From Candidatus Krumholzibacteriota bacterium (lineage in GTDB: Bacteria; Krumholzibacteriota; Krumholzibacteriia; JAJRXK01): DNA of 64,000 bases. The notes under the pieces were generated by a model. The model ran no database searches, had not been told where the DNA came from, and worked only from the letters and a program-made list of their open reading frames with translations. The DNA is taken from the NCBI GenBank assembly GCA_963764625.1, contig CAVXTH010000008.1, positions 64,001 through 128,000 on the forward strand. The letters run 5' to 3'. This document shows, piece after piece, positions 55,991 to 64,000 of the stretch (position 1 is its first letter; the number at the start of each line of letters is the position of its first letter). The position numbers and the translations under genes were made by a program.

Positions 55991-57535
55991 ATGACTCCAC
56001 GCCAACGGCAGGACCATTTGCTCGCTCAATGGATGCTACGCATCATGGGCGGAGGCGTTCTCTTTTCCGTGGCGATGCTCGGGCTGTTGTCTTCGTGTGG
56101 AACGCAGGCCGCCCAGCCGGGTCATGACGAACCCGATCCCAGTATCGCGGTGAGCGAGCCGATGGTCGATCGAGACCTCGACGCCATTCGCGCGTCGGGG
56201 GTACTGCGCATTCTCACCCGCAACAACAGCAGCTCGTATCTCATTCTGCGCGGTGAGGAGCTGGGCTTCGAATACGAATTGGCCAGCGATCTGGCCAAGG
56301 AGCTGGACGTGAAGCTCGAGGTCGTCGTGGCCGACAGCCAGAGCAGCATGCTCAGTATGCTCAACCGAGGCCTGGGCGATCTCGTCGCCGCTCCCATCGT
56401 GCCCACCGAGTCGCTGCGCAAGGCCGCCTCGTTCAGCCGCCCCTACAACGAGATCCAGCCGGTTCTGGTGGTCCCCCACGACTACCTTCACTTCTACCGC
56501 AGTGAGAAGGACCTCCAGGGCCGCGTGGTCGCCGTCCAGCGCTATTCCAACGAGCAGGAGCTTCTGACCCAGCTCCGCGTGCGCGGAATCGACGTGGGAA
56601 TCGTCTATCTCCCGCCCGATGTCTCGACCGAGGACATCCTGGACATGGTGGCCGACGGAACCTACGGCGCCGCCATCGCGAGCAGCCGGGTGGCCCGTGC
56701 CGCCATGACCGTGCGTCCCGAACTCTCGATCGCGTTTGCGCTGGGCGAGATGCAGAGCGTGAGTTGGGCCACGCGTTCGAACAGTCCCCAACTTCTCGCG
56801 GCTGTCAACCGGTTCCTCTCGCGCAACTATTCCATCAAGGAGAGCGGTGAGGTCGCTGGTTCGAAGTTGTACAACATTCTCGTCGACAAATACTTCAAGG
56901 ACGAGCGACAGATTTTGCGTCGCGCCGAGAATCCGTTTCACGTGGCACGCACCGGCAGAATTTCTCCTTACGACGACCTTCTCCAGACGGCGGCGGATGA
57001 ACACGAGCTCGACTGGCGACTTCTGGCCAGCGTGTGTTTTCAAGAGAGTCATTTCGATCCGAACCGCACTTCGTGGGCGGGCGCGGTCGGCCTCATGCAA
57101 GTCATGCCGGCCGCTCACGGTGTTTCCGCCGACAGTCTGAAGATTCCCGAGGTGAACCTCGACATCGGCGCAGCATTTCTGCGTAAACTCTACGACCTGT
57201 ACAGCTACCTGCCTGAACGCCAGCGGCTGAAGTTCACCCTTGCTGCCTACAACGCCGGAATGGGACACGTGGACGACGCCCGCATCCTCTCGGTCATGCG
57301 AGAGAAGGATCCCAACCAATGGGAGGGGTCGGTCGAAGAGAGCTTGCTGCTGCTACGCAAGCCCGAGTATCATCGCCAGGTGCGCTACGGGTATGTCCGT
57401 GGCAGCGAGACCGTGGCGTACGTCCGGCAGGTTTTGCGGCGCTACCAACTCTTCAAAGACCTGACGAGACGCGAGGTAGCCCGCCGAAACGTCAATTCCC
57501 GGCCGGCGGAGACCGTCGTTTCCTCCATGCGCTGA
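55991..57535 (+). CDS. mltF: MltF-like lytic transglycosylase (substrate-binding domain + SLT domain), possible lipoprotein
   Basis: GFEYEL, ISPYD, QESHFDP, GAVGLMQVMP, AAYNAG.GHV and GYVRG.ET..YV; start uncertain. Confidence 0.85.
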   Translation: MTPRQRQDHLLAQWMLRIMGGGVLFSVAMLGLLSSCGTQAAQPGHDEPDPSIAVSEPMVDRDLDAIRASGVLRILTRNNSSSYLILRGEELGFEYELASDLAKELDVKLEVVVADSQSSMLSMLNRGLGDLVAAPIVPTESLRKAASFSRPYNEIQPVLVVPHDYLHFYRSEKDLQGRVVAVQRYSNEQELLTQLRVRGIDVGIVYLPPDVSTEDILDMVADGTYGAAIASSRVARAAMTVRPELSIAFALGEMQSVSWATRSNSPQLLAAVNRFLSRNYSIKESGEVAGSKLYNILVDKYFKDERQILRRAENPFHVARTGRISPYDDLLQTAADEHELDWRLLASVCFQESHFDPNRTSWAGAVGLMQVMPAAHGVSADSLKIPEVNLDIGAAFLRKLYDLYSYLPERQRLKFTLAAYNAGMGHVDDARILSVMREKDPNQWEGSVEESLLLLRKPEYHRQVRYGYVRGSETVAYVRQVLRRYQLFKDLTRREVARRNVNSRPAETVVSSMR

Positions 57536-57588
57536 GTTCCCCGGCGGCTGTTAGCTTCCCTCGGTTCCCCAGATCGAATCGCGAGCCC

Positions 57589-60357
<2,769 letters not shown>

Positions 60358-63018
60358 TCAGGCGCCGGCAGCCCCTTCGTCCTGCTTGTTCGCTTCCCGG
60401 AGGAAAATCTCCGCTTCAATTTCCTCGCGTAGAGGATGCGCGTGAAGTTGCATTGAGATCGTTCGCGCTCGTTCGAGCCCGGCCAGCGCCTCTTTGGGTC
60501 GCTCACCTTGAGCCAGGGCCCGAGCCAGTCCCAAGAGACCTCGCGCTTCCTCCAGCGGCAGCTTCAACTCGCTAAATCCCCGTACCGCTTTTCGAAAATG
60601 CTGGGACGCCTCCGCTGCGCGTCCGGCGTGGAACGACTGTTCCGCCAGGACGTAGGCCAGGGTCGCGCCGCACTCCGCGTTCTCGCCCGCCCGATACATC
60701 GTCGAGACCGCGTCCACGCAGCGTGCGAGTTGCAGAAGGTCGCCTTGCGCGGCGAAGAACCTGGCCGCGGCACAGATCCCCGGCACCAGATCGTGCCGGT
60801 CCTCGGATTTCTGCCACAGGCCCAGCATGCGCCGGTAATTTTCCGCCGTGTCGGGCAAGCTGCCCTCGTGCTCGAAGTGCACCGCCAATCCCCAAAAGTC
60901 GAGTAGCTCCACCAGCACCGCGTGGTGACGGCGAGCGTAACGCAAACTCTCTTTCAGATGGGCCCGCGCGGCGACGCTTCCGCGGTGCGCCGCGACCAAG
61001 CCCAGAACCCCCTCGAAGATGCCGCGAAAGCGTTCGGCGTGGAGGGGATCGCGCAGGGCGGCGCGATCGAGGTCTGAGGCTTCCTCCCATTCGCCCAGCC
61101 GGAAGAGAACCCAGGAGAGGCGACCCGAGCACAATTGCGCCGTGCCCGGCATCTGACGCCGTTCGCATTCTTCCATCGCCACGCGGTAGAGAGACTTGGC
61201 CCGGGAGTACTCCGAAGCATACTCCGCCACGGTCGCCAGCCGGTGACTTGCCTCGCAAATGGCCTGATCGCTTTCGCGCTCCCGGGCCGCGGCAAGCGCG
61301 GCTTCGAGTTTGGACTGTCCTCGCTTCCAATCGCCCTGCATCGCGAGCACCTGTCCCCGCAGAAGCTCGGCCCGTATCTTCTGGAGCCACGCGGCGGGGG
61401 AGGAGGCGCAGGCAAGCGCGCGCGACGCGGCCGATTCCGCTTCCTTTTGCCGCAGGCACGCGATGAGATAGGTCGCCATGGAAAGGAATTCCTCGGCCGC
61501 CTCGAGCTCTTCGCCCGCCGCGAGGAAGGACTCGGCCGCGCTCTCCCGCGTCGAGAGCGCGCGTTCGTGCAATCCCTGTTCGTATTCGATTTCCGAGAGT
61601 GTGCGCAACACGCGCGCGCGTCGTTCCGGTTGGCGGTGGAGACGGCGCGCGTTCGCCACCTCGCGCAGCGCCCGTGCCGCGTCTTTGAGGTGTCCGCTCT
61701 CGCGGGCGCAGTGACTGAGCTGCTGGAGAACGTCCAGGCGATGCTCCTCTTCCACCTCCTCCGGCCACAGCTCGAGCGCCTGGTTACCCCAATCCATGGC
61801 ATCGTGGTAGGCACGCAGGTTACATGCGGCCTGCGCCGCCTCGATGAAGGTGCGCCGGGCCTGGGCGGTTTGCCCCGAGGCCAAGAGATGAATGGCCAAA
61901 AATTCCGGTTCCGCCTGGCGCGACTGCAAAACTTCCGCGTAACGCTTGTGAAGCAAGCGCGCTCGCGACCAGGAGATCTGGCTGAAGATCGCCTCGCGGG
62001 TGAGGGAATGGCGGAGAGTGACGATCCCCGGTGCCGTTTCGAGCAAAAGCCCCGCCTCGAAGAGCTCGCCGCTCCCCTCGGAACTTCCCGCTACCGCAAA
62101 CACGAGTTCGAGCTCGCGGTTCTCGCCCACCACCGCGGCGGCCTCGAGGAGTTCGCGTGCCGCGACGGAAAGTCGATCGAGCCCGCTGAGAATGGCGTCT
62201 TGCAGATTCCCCAGACGAAACGAGGACGGTTCGGAAACCAGAACGAGTTCGTCCCTCTCTTCACGAAGTCGGCCGCTCTGGTGCAGAGCGTGAGAGATCT
62301 CCTCCAGATGAAGAGGGATTCCATGACTGCTCTGCAGGAGCAAGTTCAAAAGTTCGGAAGAGGGAGGAGCCCCGAGTTTCCTGCGAACGATTTCCGACGC
62401 ATCCTTCGCGCCCAGTGGTTTCAAGGTGATCTCCTGCAGCTGGTCCGTTCCGCGCAATTCATCTCTCAGACCCCGTAGCGGGTGTTCGCCGCGAACCTCC
62501 TGCTCGCGGTAGGTGGCCAAAAAGAGAATCGATTCGCCGCGCAGAATGGGGGTCACGGCCCGCAACATCTCCACGCTCGCGTGATCGGCCCAGTGTAGGT
62601 CGTCGAGAAAAACGCACATGGGGTACTTGTGCGAGAGGAGTCGCAGAACCTCCGAGACCGCTTCGACGAGATGCGCGAATTCGAATTCCTCGGGGGCTGG
62701 TCCCCGCTCGGGCAGCAGCACGTTGAGATAGCGGGCCGCGGGAAGCTGGCTGATTTCCGGATCGCTCAGACGGGAGAGCGCCTGCCGCAAGAGAGTCCGG
62801 AAGAGTCCGTAAGAGGGGGCGCAGTCTTCCCTCGCGCGCGCGATCAGGGGAGCGAGATCGCCGTGTCCCAGGAACTGCTCTGCGAGAAGGGTGGCGCCCA
62901 TTCCCGCCTCGCCGCAGAGCAAAACGACGCCTCCGCCGCCGGACAGCGCATCGGCGGCGGCGGATTCCAAGCTGGCGCGCTCACGATGGCGGCCGAGGAT
63001 TTCGGGCACTTCGGACAT
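60358..63018 (-). CDS. MalT/LuxR-family-like STAND NTPase domain + TPR repeats; Walker A degenerate, no effector HTH
   Basis: GR..E...L, GEAGMGAT (K replaced by A), LDDLHWAD, GIPL.LEE and H.L.REA; Ala-rich helical repeats continue to the C-terminus. Confidence 0.8.
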   Translation of the reverse strand: MSEVPEILGRHRERASLESAAADALSGGGGVVLLCGEAGMGATLLAEQFLGHGDLAPLIARAREDCAPSYGLFRTLLRQALSRLSDPEISQLPAARYLNVLLPERGPAPEEFEFAHLVEAVSEVLRLLSHKYPMCVFLDDLHWADHASVEMLRAVTPILRGESILFLATYREQEVRGEHPLRGLRDELRGTDQLQEITLKPLGAKDASEIVRRKLGAPPSSELLNLLLQSSHGIPLHLEEISHALHQSGRLREERDELVLVSEPSSFRLGNLQDAILSGLDRLSVAARELLEAAAVVGENRELELVFAVAGSSEGSGELFEAGLLLETAPGIVTLRHSLTREAIFSQISWSRARLLHKRYAEVLQSRQAEPEFLAIHLLASGQTAQARRTFIEAAQAACNLRAYHDAMDWGNQALELWPEEVEEEHRLDVLQQLSHCARESGHLKDAARALREVANARRLHRQPERRARVLRTLSEIEYEQGLHERALSTRESAAESFLAAGEELEAAEEFLSMATYLIACLRQKEAESAASRALACASSPAAWLQKIRAELLRGQVLAMQGDWKRGQSKLEAALAAARERESDQAICEASHRLATVAEYASEYSRAKSLYRVAMEECERRQMPGTAQLCSGRLSWVLFRLGEWEEASDLDRAALRDPLHAERFRGIFEGVLGLVAAHRGSVAARAHLKESLRYARRHHAVLVELLDFWGLAVHFEHEGSLPDTAENYRRMLGLWQKSEDRHDLVPGICAAARFFAAQGDLLQLARCVDAVSTMYRAGENAECGATLAYVLAEQSFHAGRAAEASQHFRKAVRGFSELKLPLEEARGLLGLARALAQGERPKEALAGLERARTISMQLHAHPLREEIEAEIFLREANKQDEGAAGA

Positions 63019-63104
63019 GGGCGTGTCCTGGAACGAGAGACCTCTTCATAATTTACTGCGCTTGAGGAAAATGCGATACGGAGGAAGAAGGTGAGACCGG
63101 TCCC

Positions 63105-63758
63105 CTACTTGATGAAACCCTCGATGTAGGGCCGCAAACCGTTGAGAATGAACTGTACCGCAATAACGGTCAGCAGGAGTCCCATGAGCTTTTCGACGAT
63201 TTTGATGCCCGTGTGCCCCACGCGGCGCAGCACCAGATCGGCCCCGATGAGAATTCCCCCCGTAAGCAGGAGAATCAACACGGTGGCGGCTGCGACCACT
63301 CCCTTGCTTAGGAGACTGTGGCCGCCCTCGGCACAGAGCACCATGACGGTGGTGATCGATCCGGGGCCGGCGATCAGAGGGACGGCAAGGGGAGTGATCG
63401 AAGGATCGTCTTCCTCGTGCAGGCCGCCTTCGATGTGATCGCGACTCGCGGCCGCGCCGATGCCGGTGCGCCAGCGCCGCTCTCGTGACTGCAACATGTC
63501 CAGCCCGATGCCGAAGAAGATCACCCCTCCCGCGATACGAAACGCGCCGAGGGTGATCCCGAACACCGCCAGCAGGCTTTGACCGATCAAAATGAAGACG
63601 AGAAGAACCAAGAAAGCGGTGAGGAGGGCCTTGCGTAACACGTGCTTCCGCGCCCGTTCGTCCATGCGCGCGGTGAGCCCGCTGAAGAAAGGAATGCAGC
63701 CAGGGGGGTCGATGACCGCAAAAAGCGAGCTGAATGCGAGTACGGCAAAGGCAAACAT
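63105..63758 (-). CDS. MarC family integral membrane protein
   Basis: DPPGCIPFF, FRIAGG, PLAVPLIAGPGSITTV and KLMGLLL. Confidence 0.93.
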   Translation of the reverse strand: MFAFAVLAFSSLFAVIDPPGCIPFFSGLTARMDERARKHVLRKALLTAFLVLLVFILIGQSLLAVFGITLGAFRIAGGVIFFGIGLDMLQSRERRWRTGIGAAASRDHIEGGLHEEDDPSITPLAVPLIAGPGSITTVMVLCAEGGHSLLSKGVVAAATVLILLLTGGILIGADLVLRRVGHTGIKIVEKLMGLLLTVIAVQFILNGLRPYIEGFIK

Positions 63759-63927
63759 GCCGTGATCATGGTCGCCGACGGCCTTCGGTCAAGGCCATTC
63801 TTTCGGCCCGGGAGTGTGGAACTGACGCATGAGAATGGGTAGTATCTTTTTGGATCTCTCCCCCGTAGGGAGAGCTTGACCACCTGTCTTATTTCCCTTC
63901 GCCGCGGGCGGCGACCGCCCAGTCTCT

Positions 63928-64000
63928 TTGGATCTACTCGCGAAGCTCACCCGCGTCGAAAGGAAGGAGCTGGGCAACGTCCTGCTCGCGGCAGCGCTCT
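63928..64000 (+). CDS. Possible 5' end of a membrane transporter gene (LDLLAKLTRVERKELGNVLLAAAL...)
   Basis: Open frame from TTG 63928 to the window edge; resembles the N-terminus of Npt/TLC-type MFS transporters; too short to be sure. Confidence 0.35.
   Translation, partial: MDLLAKLTRVERKELGNVLLAAAL

Noticed and set aside
63855-63875. Hairpin CTCTCCC...GGGAGAG as an ncRNA
   Set aside because: An isolated short hairpin in a divergent promoter region with no other support

Overview
GC-rich bacterial chromosome window with about 43 protein-coding genes. I see no rRNA, tRNA, CRISPR array or recognisable mobile element. The secreted proteins (YPNPFNP-type C-terminal domain, beta-helix proteins, short xWGxLK tails) suggest an FCB-related candidate lineage such as Krumholzibacteria, Eisenbacteria or Latescibacteria; this is inference. 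Left part: DEAD-box helicase, THUMP RNA methylase, PhzF, a CxxU selenoprotein missed by the ORF track (6070-6297), a coupled GNAT / acyltransferase / hydrolase-DedA-ATP-grasp operon, M16 peptidase, thiC, a secreted FG-GAP/beta-helix operon, M1 and S9 peptidases, a candidate highly structured small RNA (about 30041-30190), a degenerate M28 protein coupled to adenosine deaminase, and decayed secreted-protein genes. From about 34.7 to 55.6 kb is a copper/metal island: TolC-CusB-CusA-CopA, an ECF sigma with a CBM48-bearing anti-sigma and a CBM48-bearing outer-membrane protein, Met/His-rich periplasmic proteins, a sigma-54 two-component pair with readable candidate binding sites, arsM and a Cys/Met PLP enzyme. 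Right end: MltF-like protein, B12-radical SAM fusion, a STAND/TPR protein lacking the Walker A lysine, and MarC. Several single-base indels look like assembly errors. All family assignments come from motif recognition, not database searches.
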